64,000 bases of DNA from Paramoeba atlantica. Its lineage: Eukaryota > Protista > Discosea. Positions 55,018-64,000 of this stretch are shown piece after piece. Every line of letters begins with the position of its first letter. Position 1 is the stretch's first letter. The stretch covers positions 695,649 to 759,648 of the forward strand of contig CDRNVI010000009.1 of the NCBI GenBank assembly GCA_977017575.1. Reading direction: 5' to 3'. The notes under the pieces were generated by a model. It worked only from the letters and a program-made list of their open reading frames with translations, was not told the DNA's origin and ran no database searches. Position numbers and translations under genes: made by a program.

Positions 55018-55050
55018 TTTCTTTTTTCAGTCTACCTCTCACTCTACAGT
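55018..55050 (+). promoter_or_regulatory. Candidate trans-splice acceptor (pyrimidine tract plus AG) for PMM
   Basis: tttcttttttcAGtctacctctcactctacAG lies immediately upstream of ATG 55057. Confidence 0.45.
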
Positions 55051-55056
55051 TACTCA

Positions 55057-55803
55057 ATGTCCGGTGCCCGTGAGATATGCCTACTGTTTGATGTTGATGG
55101 TACATTGACTATTCCTCGCGCCCCAGCTACACTGGAAATGAAAGGCTTGCTTCAGGCGCTGCGGAAGAAATATCTTATCGCTATTGTAGGAGGATCAGAC
55201 CTAGCGAAGCAACGCGAACAGCTCGGCACCGACGTCCTGGATCAGTTTGACTACGTATTTTCAGAAAACGGGCTGTATTCTTTTGATAGTGGGCAAGTCT
55301 TACACGAGCAGTCCCTAACAGCACACCTTGGAGAGGATAAGATGAAGAAAATTGTAAATGAGACACTGCGTGCCATTGCCGATTTGGATATACCGCAGAA
55401 GAGGGGAACATTTTTTGAGCTGCGTAAAGGTCTTATAAATGTGAGTCCCATCGGTCGGAATTGTACCCAGGCCGAACGCGAAGCGTTCGAATTGTATGAC
55501 AAGACAAATAACGTTCGTAAACGTTTGATCGAGGTGTTACGCAATGCATACGGTGATGAATGTCACTTACAATTCAGCATAGGTGGTCAAATTTCGATTG
55601 ATATCTTTCCCAAGGGTTGGGACAAGACGTACTGCTTGCCTTTTCTGACAGAAGATAAGAGAGTTTCCGCCATACATTTCTTTGGCGACAAAACTTATGT
55701 GGGTGGAAATGATTATGAAATTTTTGTAGATCCTCGAGTGACAGGTTATCATGTCAATTCCGCTACAGACACGATTACAATTTTGCAAGATAGTTTTCTG
55801 TGA
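55057..55803 (+). CDS. PMM: Phosphomannomutase (eukaryotic HAD type)
   Basis: LFDVDGTLT, VGGSDLAKQREQL, FSENGL, KRGTFFELRKGLINVSPIGRNC, GGQISIDIFPKGWDKTYCL and FFGDKTYVGGNDYEI. Confidence 0.97.
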   Translation: MSGAREICLLFDVDGTLTIPRAPATLEMKGLLQALRKKYLIAIVGGSDLAKQREQLGTDVLDQFDYVFSENGLYSFDSGQVLHEQSLTAHLGEDKMKKIVNETLRAIADLDIPQKRGTFFELRKGLINVSPIGRNCTQAEREAFELYDKTNNVRKRLIEVLRNAYGDECHLQFSIGGQISIDIFPKGWDKTYCLPFLTEDKRVSAIHFFGDKTYVGGNDYEIFVDPRVTGYHVNSATDTITILQDSFL

Positions 55804-56066
55804 GGTGATAACACCTCATACGCCTTATTTGCACGTAACTGTGGAGTCGTATGCGTATGCCGCTATTGAAACAGAAAAAGCATGACTCATATTTTCTCAT
55901 TACTCATATTTCTACTCGAAGTACATGTATCTGTACATGTATGTCTGAAAAAAGGGCAAAAATTCCTTCAGAAATGGAAGAGCAACAACTTTAAATTCTG
56001 TTAGCTTCCTGCTGTATTATCAATAGAATTTTTGTCTTATTCGTTTTACATTCCCCACTTCCCATT

Positions 56067-59000
56067 ATGTCCGATAAAGAATCCACTTCCCCCACTTCCC
56101 GTGTTTCCTCCCCCACTTCCCGACGCCCCCTATCCTCACGACCGCCGCCCTCCTCCAACGAACCCCCGCGCAGATCCCACCCCTCCTCCCATCACCGTGG
56201 CCGTCCCGACCCCCTCTATGACCGTCCACTACGAAATCCTGAAATCCCTTCGACCACCACCACCACCACAACAACAACACCAACAACCACCGATGCTTAT
56301 CCCCATCCCCGGGAGACGACTACCGGCAGCACCACCGTCCCCGAGAAAACCCCTCTCCCTGATGCCCGGAACCCCGGGAATCCGTTTCCACCACCATCCC
56401 GCGGACCCACCAGTTTTCGCCGAGCCACCAGTCGACCCGGTCGCTACTCCCCGTCCTACCGCTCCTATGGCTCCCCAACCCACAACAGCACCGGGATGTA
56501 CAATACCCGTAACACCCCCCCATGGGAGCGCGCGACAGAGCCGGGGCTACCTTCCCAGGAAACCCCCGAGACCCGAGCGGGGGGACGCTACCCCCTACGT
56601 GGGGGACCTGGTCCCGGTCCACGGTACCCGCAGCCCTCCCATGAGCGACCCGGATACCCCGAGCGCCACAGCGCGTACTATGAGCGCGCCGGGACCCAAG
56701 CTACTCCCCAGGAGACCCGACCGACGCCCTACGCCTTCCGACAGGAAAGGAGTAGTGGCAGTAGTCACACCACCTCCCCGGTACGGCACAAAGAAGGGGG
56801 GTTTAAAAAAAGTGAGGGGGGTGGTAGTTCGGTACAGCGAGGGAGGGATCGGGGTACAGAGCCCCGAGCCGTGGAGCGGCAGGAATCCAACACGGGGGGA
56901 GCCCCGGAGAAACACCCGGCGGGGGGGCTGAAATGTCCAGCCACCCCACGACCCCCGTCGGTGCCGGAGGCGCCACTGCCGCGGGTCTCTCCCGGGCTGC
57001 TGCCGTCACCCCCGACGCTGAAGATTGAACCCGTGCATGGGCCGTCCAAGACAAAGACCGCGTGGACCCCACCGCTGTGGCAGAATGTGGAGACGTTTCT
57101 GCAGCAGCACCCCAGCAGCTTGCTCACCGGGGCCGTGATGGGTATCGATGTGCGGTACTGGCTGCGTCGGCTAGAGCCTACGCTGCCTCCGATGTTCTCG
57201 TTCCAGCGTGGGATTCAGAAAGTACAGGACCCTCTGGTGGCGATTACGGGAGGCGTGCCCCTTACTCTGGAAAGTGTCCTTCGGGAGGAAATTGCAAAGT
57301 TTGACCGGCTTGGCATGCATATGCTGTTTGTGTTTGGCGGTATCACCTCCGAGGATGGGATCCGAGCGTGTGACCTTGCCATTGGACAACAAAGGAAAGT
57401 GTATCAAGACAAAATTTGGGCGCGTGTGGCCAACGGAACCTATGCAGTCTCTGACAAGGTTAAGGTTGAAAGAGACGCTTGGGAAACCGGGGTGTTGGAT
57501 ACGATCGCGGTACCTCAGCTTGAAAATGACGAGGTTTTATCGGAAGTACAGGGTATTCTATGGCGTGCGAGCCAGGAGCCGGGACGCACGAATCATATTC
57601 ACGTGCTACATGCCCCCCAAGGCGCATCAAGTCAATTGGCCTTCTTTAAGGAACGTCAAGCCATTCAATGTGTGTACGGCCCGCCCATGCTTTTGTGGCT
57701 AAAAACACCGAAAATTGAACGTGTTGTGCTTGAAATCGATGGCGACTCGTTCTACGGACTGGAGAATACGTCAGAGAAGCCGCTATCTGTTCCCGAACAG
57801 TTGGCAGGGTACTATCCGTGGGAACATAGTGTGACGCCAAGCCATGAGGAACACTCTAGTGAATTCGTGCTGAATGCGGAAGGAATGCTAGAGAAGTTGA
57901 ACCCCGCCGAGGAATCTACCAAAGTATTCGCAGATGTTCAGGATGATCTTCTGTTGCATCACTCACTGGGGCTTCTGTCGACCGCGGAGTTTAAGTCATC
58001 TCTAAATCGTACTCTAGTGGACGTTCCTCCCGCTGTAGATTCACATGAGTGTCGGAACGCGCTGCGTGAGGTGCTCCGAGTTCGTGCCCATGTTGTCTCG
58101 CGCGTTCTCCCCAAGTTTGAAAGAGATCGACCCACCACAGGAAAAGGGGCTAAGCTCAAATGGTACCGATGGTTCCAATCCGACAAGGAACCCGAACTTA
58201 TCTCCCGCCCTCCTTGTCCCGAATTAGGTGATTGGATCCTGGACAAGAGCTTGTTTTCTCCCCTCAAGTCCCCCGAGGAGTGTCCTCTCTCCACGCCCTC
58301 GATGGTCCAAGTCCTGCGCACCCCCCGCGAGCCCCGACCGCACGATTTCATGTACACCCAACCCGCCGAGATCTACGCCTCCCTCTGTCTCAAACTCTTC
58401 GACTTCCTGGGCTACTTTGTCCACTCCACCCTCCCCGGGATCACCCGCTCCGCCCACCCCCACGAGCGCACCTCCTGCAACCTCTACGGTCGCATCCTGG
58501 CCTCCGTCCCCGGCCCCTTTGCCCCCTCCACGGTTCTATTCATCGAACTCGCCCGTTGTCGTGCCATGACCGCAGTCCCGCTCCAGCACCCCAATCTGCC
58601 ACAAACGGAGGGCTCCCGCGAGGTGCTGACCCACCCCCCGTTTCGTACCGGCCAGGGCGCCGGGGAGTCCCCCGGGGGCACAGCCCCGCGGAGTACTCCC
58701 GGGGGAACCGCAGCCGAGCGCCTGGTCCAATCCGCGCTTCCCAAGACCACAGCCAGTTTTGCCGAGTTGGATATTCAAAACCGCAGCGCGTTGCTTCTCG
58801 CGCGGTTGTTTTCGCTTTCCCCGGTTCGTGTGTCGAAGGGGGGTAGGGGAACGACAACGATGACAACGACTGCTGCAACGAAAACGACCAAAGAGGGGGC
58901 CGGGGGCCGCCCGCAGGTGCTAAGTATGGACCTTGCTGCGTTCTGGTCCATGGCCCGTGCGGTTCGTGGGAGTCTGCGCTCGATTGTGGGGAGCGTGGCG

Positions 59001-59432
59001 GCCGCGGATCACTCGTTGCTGGATGTGGAGAACGAGCACCTCGGGGAGTTGCTGTGCCGGCTGCCGTTTCAGGATACCCCGCCCCCCGTGATGGGGGCGG
59101 TGCTGGAGTATGTCCTGGGGATGGGGAAGGAGTTCCGGGGGTACGGGCTGAGTCGATCGGAGGAGAGACTGGCGCATCTGGTGGAGAAATTCCCGTTTGT
59201 GGAGAATATGAAGGAGGCGTTGGAGGTGGGGTGTGCGTGGGTGCGACAGGCGGTGCATATGATTGAGATGCTGCAGGAGGCGCAACGGACGGAGCCCCCG
59301 ACGGTGTCGGAGGCGTATCGTGCATTGTATGAGGTTTCACATAATGTCCTAAGTATACTCGATCATATTCAGACAAATTTAGGGTTAGAAAGACGCGCAG
59401 AATTGGAAAAGGTGTGGGAAGGAAACCCGTGA
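56067..59432 (+). CDS. MKT1: MKT1-like XPG/PIN-fold protein with long low-complexity N-terminal extension (MKT1L-like)
   Basis: MGIDVRYWLRRL...DPLVAITGGVPLTL...MLFVFGG, HAPQGASSQLAFF, and WYRWF. About 330 aa of R/P/S/Y-rich N-terminus. Confidence 0.7.
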   Translation: MSDKESTSPTSRVSSPTSRRPLSSRPPPSSNEPPRRSHPSSHHRGRPDPLYDRPLRNPEIPSTTTTTTTTTPTTTDAYPHPRETTTGSTTVPEKTPLPDARNPGNPFPPPSRGPTSFRRATSRPGRYSPSYRSYGSPTHNSTGMYNTRNTPPWERATEPGLPSQETPETRAGGRYPLRGGPGPGPRYPQPSHERPGYPERHSAYYERAGTQATPQETRPTPYAFRQERSSGSSHTTSPVRHKEGGFKKSEGGGSSVQRGRDRGTEPRAVERQESNTGGAPEKHPAGGLKCPATPRPPSVPEAPLPRVSPGLLPSPPTLKIEPVHGPSKTKTAWTPPLWQNVETFLQQHPSSLLTGAVMGIDVRYWLRRLEPTLPPMFSFQRGIQKVQDPLVAITGGVPLTLESVLREEIAKFDRLGMHMLFVFGGITSEDGIRACDLAIGQQRKVYQDKIWARVANGTYAVSDKVKVERDAWETGVLDTIAVPQLENDEVLSEVQGILWRASQEPGRTNHIHVLHAPQGASSQLAFFKERQAIQCVYGPPMLLWLKTPKIERVVLEIDGDSFYGLENTSEKPLSVPEQLAGYYPWEHSVTPSHEEHSSEFVLNAEGMLEKLNPAEESTKVFADVQDDLLLHHSLGLLSTAEFKSSLNRTLVDVPPAVDSHECRNALREVLRVRAHVVSRVLPKFERDRPTTGKGAKLKWYRWFQSDKEPELISRPPCPELGDWILDKSLFSPLKSPEECPLSTPSMVQVLRTPREPRPHDFMYTQPAEIYASLCLKLFDFLGYFVHSTLPGITRSAHPHERTSCNLYGRILASVPGPFAPSTVLFIELARCRAMTAVPLQHPNLPQTEGSREVLTHPPFRTGQGAGESPGGTAPRSTPGGTAAERLVQSALPKTTASFAELDIQNRSALLLARLFSLSPVRVSKGGRGTTTMTTTAATKTTKEGAGGRPQVLSMDLAAFWSMARAVRGSLRSIVGSVAAADHSLLDVENEHLGELLCRLPFQDTPPPVMGAVLEYVLGMGKEFRGYGLSRSEERLAHLVEKFPFVENMKEALEVGCAWVRQAVHMIEMLQEAQRTEPPTVSEAYRALYEVSHNVLSILDHIQTNLGLERRAELEKVWEGNP

Positions 59433-59935
59433 CGGTGAGAATGAAGAGTATGGAGCAGTCGTGTTTTCTTGCTCAAGTGTTAAAAAAAGAAGGTACGCCA
59501 CTCGGTTATAAGAAGAACTACGGATTCGTATGGACTTCACTGTCAGAGGGTACATAATTAGTTGGTTTGAATAGTTCGTTTTTGGTTTGCTCTTTGATTT
59601 ATGTTAAATTTATGTTAAATTTGAAGCATCTAGCATTGCTAACGTTTTACCAAGCACTTTAATTTATAAAATTACACTACGAGCATTCTAGGGCTTTATT
59701 TGTGGTGTTTACACAGAAAATAGTTGATTGATCTTTTTCATAAAACAAATAAGCAGGTACTTTTTTTGTGACAACAAACTTTGTAATCTACAATCCACGT
59801 GCTCAGCTTGCATCATCGCATTGTTCAATCCTTCCAATCAATGATACGATTATTGAATTAAGATACGATCTTGATTTTCAGTGAGTTAGAATTTCATTAG
59901 AACTGATATTTTGGCTAACTGTAATCAATTAACTG

Positions 59936-60553
59936 ATGGACGAATCATGTAGACCGGCGCCTGATCCCGTTTGCACGACTAAAACACTTACAGTTGTCAC
60001 TGGAAACGACCGAAAGCTTGAAGAGCTATCTAACATACTGACGCAATACGGCATCACAGTAAATGCCACCAAATTAGACCTTCCCGAGCTACAGGGCGAA
60101 GACCTCTCAGAGATTGCAAGAGCAAAGGCGGTCGAGGCGTATCGCATTCTACAGACGCCTTGTATGGTGGAGGATGCTAGTCTGTGCTTTGACGCCCTTG
60201 GAGGTCTTCCCGGGCCCTACATCAAATGGTTCCTCCAAAAGCTGACCCCAAGAGATCTCGTTAAGATGGTAGACCCGTTTGACAAAAAAGGTGTCGCGGC
60301 CGTTTGTGTTTGCGCTCTGGCCTTGAGCAGCGATCCTATTGAATGTAAAATATTTCGTGGGGAGGTACGTGGGACTCTCGTACAACCTCGAGGATCTTCG
60401 GGTTTTGGTTTTGATCCAATTTTTCAAGTTGATGAGCCCGGTTTTCCGCCTCTTACTTTTGCGGAGTTGGCGCAACAAGAAAAGAATACAATATCTCACC
60501 GTGGAAGGGCATTAAAAAAGCTGGAACAGTACCTTGCCTATCGAACGGCATAA
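59936..60553 (+). CDS. ITPA: Inosine triphosphate pyrophosphatase (Ham1)
   Basis: VTGNDRKLEE, DLPELQG, VEDASLCFDALGGLPGPYIKWF, FGFDPIF, TFAEL and KNTISHRGRAL. Confidence 0.97.
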   Translation: MDESCRPAPDPVCTTKTLTVVTGNDRKLEELSNILTQYGITVNATKLDLPELQGEDLSEIARAKAVEAYRILQTPCMVEDASLCFDALGGLPGPYIKWFLQKLTPRDLVKMVDPFDKKGVAAVCVCALALSSDPIECKIFRGEVRGTLVQPRGSSGFGFDPIFQVDEPGFPPLTFAELAQQEKNTISHRGRALKKLEQYLAYRTA

Positions 60554-61051
60554 AACAACTACAGTTTTATAGCCTTACTGTCATTATCAGTATTAAACAC
60601 TGCTCTTGGACTGTTGAAGCGCAACCAAGACATCACTTCAGAATGAGTGAAACACAACAGAGAACATTCAATGCCCTTGCATTTTAGCGTCAGTAAACCG
60701 CTCCATACTGCTTTTATGGCGGTTTTGTACACCATATACTGCGTGGGACCAAATCTTACATGGGGGTAATTTACCCCGGGTAAATACTCAGAAAGAACAA
60801 TGTTGAAGTGCACGCTTCGAGGCAATAAGGAAGATAGAAACATCGATGATTTTCTCATCCTTGTACAACTCCAACATCTATTCAATTTCCTTGCTATTAA
60901 TGCGTTTTTGGATATGCATCTTATTAATGCGTTTTAGAGTGTAGTACTGTACGCTTTGTCCCTTACGACATCAAACTACACGAATTGAAGGCTTATTCTA
61001 GAGTTGAGTTTGGACTTTGTGATGTTATTTTCTTCTGATCAACTTTTAGCA

Positions 61052-61083
61052 CGACTACTTTCCTTTCCTCTTATTGACTTAGA
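61052..61083 (+). promoter_or_regulatory. Candidate trans-splice acceptor
   Basis: ctactttcctttcctcttattgacttAGa directly precedes ATG 61084. Confidence 0.5.
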
Positions 61084-62571
61084 ATGGGGGTGCAGCGTTT
61101 ACTGACTTACATCCGTTCTGAATATTCCGAGTCATTTGCCACCGTAGAACAGTTCTTCCAAGGCGATCGAGAGGTTTTTAATTTTGATTGTCTACCACCT
61201 GCACACATACTGGTTGATGCAGACAATCTCCTTAGACGTTCGGGGAGAAAGGACAAGCTGCGTATGAAGCGAGAGGATCAAGCGATTTACGACAAAGGAA
61301 TTATTCAGCTATTGCATAAGTTACGCTGTACACATAAACGAAACTTTGCGGATGCGACACACAATCTGGTTATTGTATGTGACAGTGATTCTACGGAGCG
61401 AAAAATTCGTAAAATACTCTCAGGACCTTTACAAGCGGGACACTCATGCGCTGCTAATGAGAAAGGAGGGGAAAAGAAAACAGAATCTAGAAAATGCAAC
61501 TCAGAGCCGAATGTAATATTCATAGGTCCAACAGGGGTTTCAGCAGATACAGCGTTACTCATTTTATGTCGCACATTTTTCATGCACGACCCTACAAGAC
61601 CTATCGTTTTACTTTCTGAGGATAGCGATTTGTTACTCGGTTGCTTACTAGGACCATTTCCCAATTCTACCTTGCTCTTGTCGCCAAGCGCACCTCAGAA
61701 AAAGCTTGCAGAGAACGTTCGTTGCGACGTGGCACTAGACGTTTGCAACATGGCTCACCTTCAAGAATGTATCGGAGGACCGCATGCATGCATGGATTTT
61801 ACATTTCTAACAGTTCTTCTGTTTGGTAAACACCTCACAAAAAACAGCTCTCGCTCGGTTTCGAAAACTACCGGAAAGGTTGGTCTTCTAACTCATCACA
61901 AAGACGATATTACCGTTTACTGGGACTTGACAAGACTTTGGACTTCACTTAAAAAACGATCCGGTTATAACGATCAGAGCACAGATATGCTCCTACGAAG
62001 GGGAAGCACTTACGGAATTTATTCGGAAAAGTTAATCACGTTGCTTCATCGATTGGGTTCTTCTATTGTCGATGGACAAGAGGACGTTGAGGTCGCGCGT
62101 TCATACCTTCACTACGTAGTGCACATGGTACACTATTATACCACGGGCTCCCTAGTGCCGTCGACTAGCGCGGTGCGCGGGGTTCCCTCGTTAAACGCAC
62201 TTGTTTCAGTTTTATCTGAAAGACAAGACACCCCGTTTTACGAGGTAGAAATTTCTTTGGTATGGCCTAAAGTAACGCCAAAGTTAGCACTGCACTTGGA
62301 ACGTTGCTTGCAAGGCCAAAAGACATTTGTGAAACCGAAAACGCTCGATGCACTTCATAATTTATGGTTGTCCTACGCAGAGGGTATAGATCCCCATACT
62401 GGTCACGCTCTTCCTAACATCTACGACGATTGGGTATCGGCCCAGGAGCTCGTCGTGCGTAAACGCGCTCGTTTAGAACGCGGAACGCCTGCGAGCCGTG
62501 AGCTTGTGAGTCATGCGAACGCAAAGAGTGTGGAAGATGCTGTTCTACGCGCCTGTGGATTCGGCAAATAA
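61084..62571 (+). CDS. Divergent XRN-family 5'-3' exonuclease-like protein, probably catalytically degenerate
   Basis: MGVQRLLTYI, ILVDADNLL, IVCD, GVSAD (in place of GEGE), LLSEDSDLLL and DFTFLTVLLFGKH (in place of GNDF). Confidence 0.65.
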   Translation: MGVQRLLTYIRSEYSESFATVEQFFQGDREVFNFDCLPPAHILVDADNLLRRSGRKDKLRMKREDQAIYDKGIIQLLHKLRCTHKRNFADATHNLVIVCDSDSTERKIRKILSGPLQAGHSCAANEKGGEKKTESRKCNSEPNVIFIGPTGVSADTALLILCRTFFMHDPTRPIVLLSEDSDLLLGCLLGPFPNSTLLLSPSAPQKKLAENVRCDVALDVCNMAHLQECIGGPHACMDFTFLTVLLFGKHLTKNSSRSVSKTTGKVGLLTHHKDDITVYWDLTRLWTSLKKRSGYNDQSTDMLLRRGSTYGIYSEKLITLLHRLGSSIVDGQEDVEVARSYLHYVVHMVHYYTTGSLVPSTSAVRGVPSLNALVSVLSERQDTPFYEVEISLVWPKVTPKLALHLERCLQGQKTFVKPKTLDALHNLWLSYAEGIDPHTGHALPNIYDDWVSAQELVVRKRARLERGTPASRELVSHANAKSVEDAVLRACGFGK

Positions 62572-62761
62572 GGTCTACCAATGCGTTCAACAATTTTGTA
62601 ACTACATTTAATTACCATTAATTCTTGTTCAGTACTACATACTGGGGAGTATGTTATACTGTAGCACCGTTTACAGAATACAGGACCGTGTACTGGATAA
62701 TGAGACGTTTCCTTCAGGAAATAAAACGTTCGATTATTTTGCGTCGCCTTTTTCCGATATA

Positions 62762-63167
62762 CCGTAGACCCACCAGTAATAGACCCCCCCGTAACAAGGA
62801 TTTGACTCGGGAGGGTGGCTCAAGGGGGGACGGGGATTACACGGTGAGGGTGGTTGCGCGGGAGCGAGTGTTCTTCTTTTACCCTAAATGGGTTGCCCTG
62901 ATGATATAATTCATGCACTGATAAGTCGTCCTATACTTTGCTTTGTATGGCAACGGAAGACAGCATCATATTCCGGATACAAAAATATGCTCTTATGTAT
63001 GAAGCCGTTACTTGTTCGAAAGGTCGTGAGCCACGGGTACGTACTCTTAAGAAAGAGTATCGGTTATGCTCCGATTAAAAGTACCGCGGTAAAACTTATT
63101 TTTTGGAACCTCTTCTGATGACCGCACATGGCCTCCCCGCAAACCAGTTTTTTAAAGTCCTATACGG
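62762..63167. mobile_element. MITE related to 41215-41527
   Basis: TA|ccgtagacccaccagtaatagac..gtaacaaggatttgactcgggagggt is homologous over about 170 bp. Ends tatacgg|TA. A further TIR-like end, ggggggtcacag|TA, lies at about 63380-63392. Confidence 0.55.
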
Positions 63168-63476
63168 TATCAATTCTGTAGCCGGCTACAGATCTCAATG
63201 GAGAACGGACTTGGGGCAAAAGCGATCACTCGGCTGACAAACATCCCTTTGAGTCGTGCTCTCGAACAATGAAAATCGAAAAATGAAAAAATGAAATACG
63301 AAACTTTTCCAACTTCCTTCCAAAAAATTTGAAAAAAATCCGTATTAAAGGGGGGATCAGGGGGGTCCGTATTAAATGGGGGGTCACAGTATCCTAAAAC
63401 CTAGAACATGTCTATCAACTTTACCCACCTCTACCCCTTACAAAACCTTATTCCCCCTACACTCGACATTTCCTCC

Positions 63477-64000
63477 ATGACCCCCACCCCCACCCCCATC
63501 GACCACATCGAAAAAGACGGCATCACCTACAAACTCCTCCGCAAACCCGACTTTCGCAAACTCCGCAACCTTACCCTCGACAACACCGCCTGGAGCGAAA
63601 AACACCGCACCGAGCGTCTCGTGGTATGGATCCGGGAACCCCACAAAGGGGGTTCCTCGTTGACGACCTCTTCTTCCTCCTCCTCTTCCATGGTTTCTAC
63701 GTCCTCCGGTGCTCCGTCTTCTACTTCTACGTCTTCCCGTACCTCTTCATCTTCTGTTTCATCTTCTGTTTCATCTTCATCTTCCAGTTCGCTTAAGATG
63801 GTCAAGGTCCGCGCCGCCTTCCCCTCCTTCCCCCCCTCCACGCTGTACGACGCGCTCCACGACCACGCCTACCGCCCCACGTGGGACACGCACATGGTGT
63901 CGGGGTACAATATCTGCGGGCTGGACCCGCACAACGACGTGGGGTACTACGCCGTGCGCTTCCCCTTCCCCCTCTCCCCGCGCGACTTTGTGAACCAGAG
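63477..64000 (+). CDS. START-domain lipid-transfer protein (STARD10/PCTP-like), truncated by the window end
   Basis: Open frame from ATG 63477 to the window end: W...RLVVW, a Ser-rich insert, then KMVKVRAAF...STLYDALHD..YRPTWDTHM....ICGLDPHNDVGYYAVRFPFPLSPRDFV. Confidence 0.9.
   Translation, partial: MTPTPTPIDHIEKDGITYKLLRKPDFRKLRNLTLDNTAWSEKHRTERLVVWIREPHKGGSSLTTSSSSSSSMVSTSSGAPSSTSTSSRTSSSSVSSSVSSSSSSSLKMVKVRAAFPSFPPSTLYDALHDHAYRPTWDTHMVSGYNICGLDPHNDVGYYAVRFPFPLSPRDFVNQ

Noticed and set aside
60559-60885. 108-aa antisense ORF with palindrome ggggtaatttacccc
   Set aside because: It has no domain or repeat support, and a single short palindrome is expected by chance.
1-64000. tRNA, rRNA or spliced-leader RNA genes
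   Set aside because: By eye I found no cloverleaf with a proper T-arm, no rRNA motifs and no SL exon (AACTAACGCT...TACAGTTTCTGTAC). tRNAscan-SE or Infernal would be needed to exclude them.

Overview
This is a compact, intron-free eukaryotic region. About 33 protein genes run head-to-tail on the + strand, as in a kinetoplastid polycistronic unit. A kinetoplastid-type mitochondrial ribosomal protein uS8m, an MKT1-like gene, pyrimidine-tract/AG acceptors and the strong compaction point to a kinetoplastid, most plausibly a Perkinsela-like (Prokinetoplastina) endosymbiont. That assignment is inference, not a database result. Housekeeping genes include RRP1, a patatin, aminopeptidase P, DUS2, SmF, NOP10, eS30, a SAMHD1-like dNTPase, ALG7/GPT, HRD1, TBCA, an FG nucleoporin, prefoldin 3, TFIIA-gamma, PMM, ITPase, an XRN-like protein and a START protein. 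Three transposon/repeat islands interrupt the gene array (about 7.7-10.6, 33.7-37.8 and 39.3-47.9 kb). Main candidates for a second look: (1) three tandem signal-peptide-bearing PI4K-gamma-like pseudokinases that share a RETLA motif, possibly secreted effectors; (2) recurrent C-rich to G-rich skew-switch islands that override codon usage and gene boundaries; (3) a varied set of DNA transposons, namely a Tc1/mariner with TIRs and TA TSD, a Merlin relic, several MITEs, a Foldback-like element with inverted 20-bp arrays, and a hairpin-bounded insertion without a clean TSD; (4) an 8.6-kb strand-switch-like repeat island that contains a pseudoknotted, RNase P/MRP-like candidate RNA. All family assignments come from recognising motifs by eye; no searches were run.
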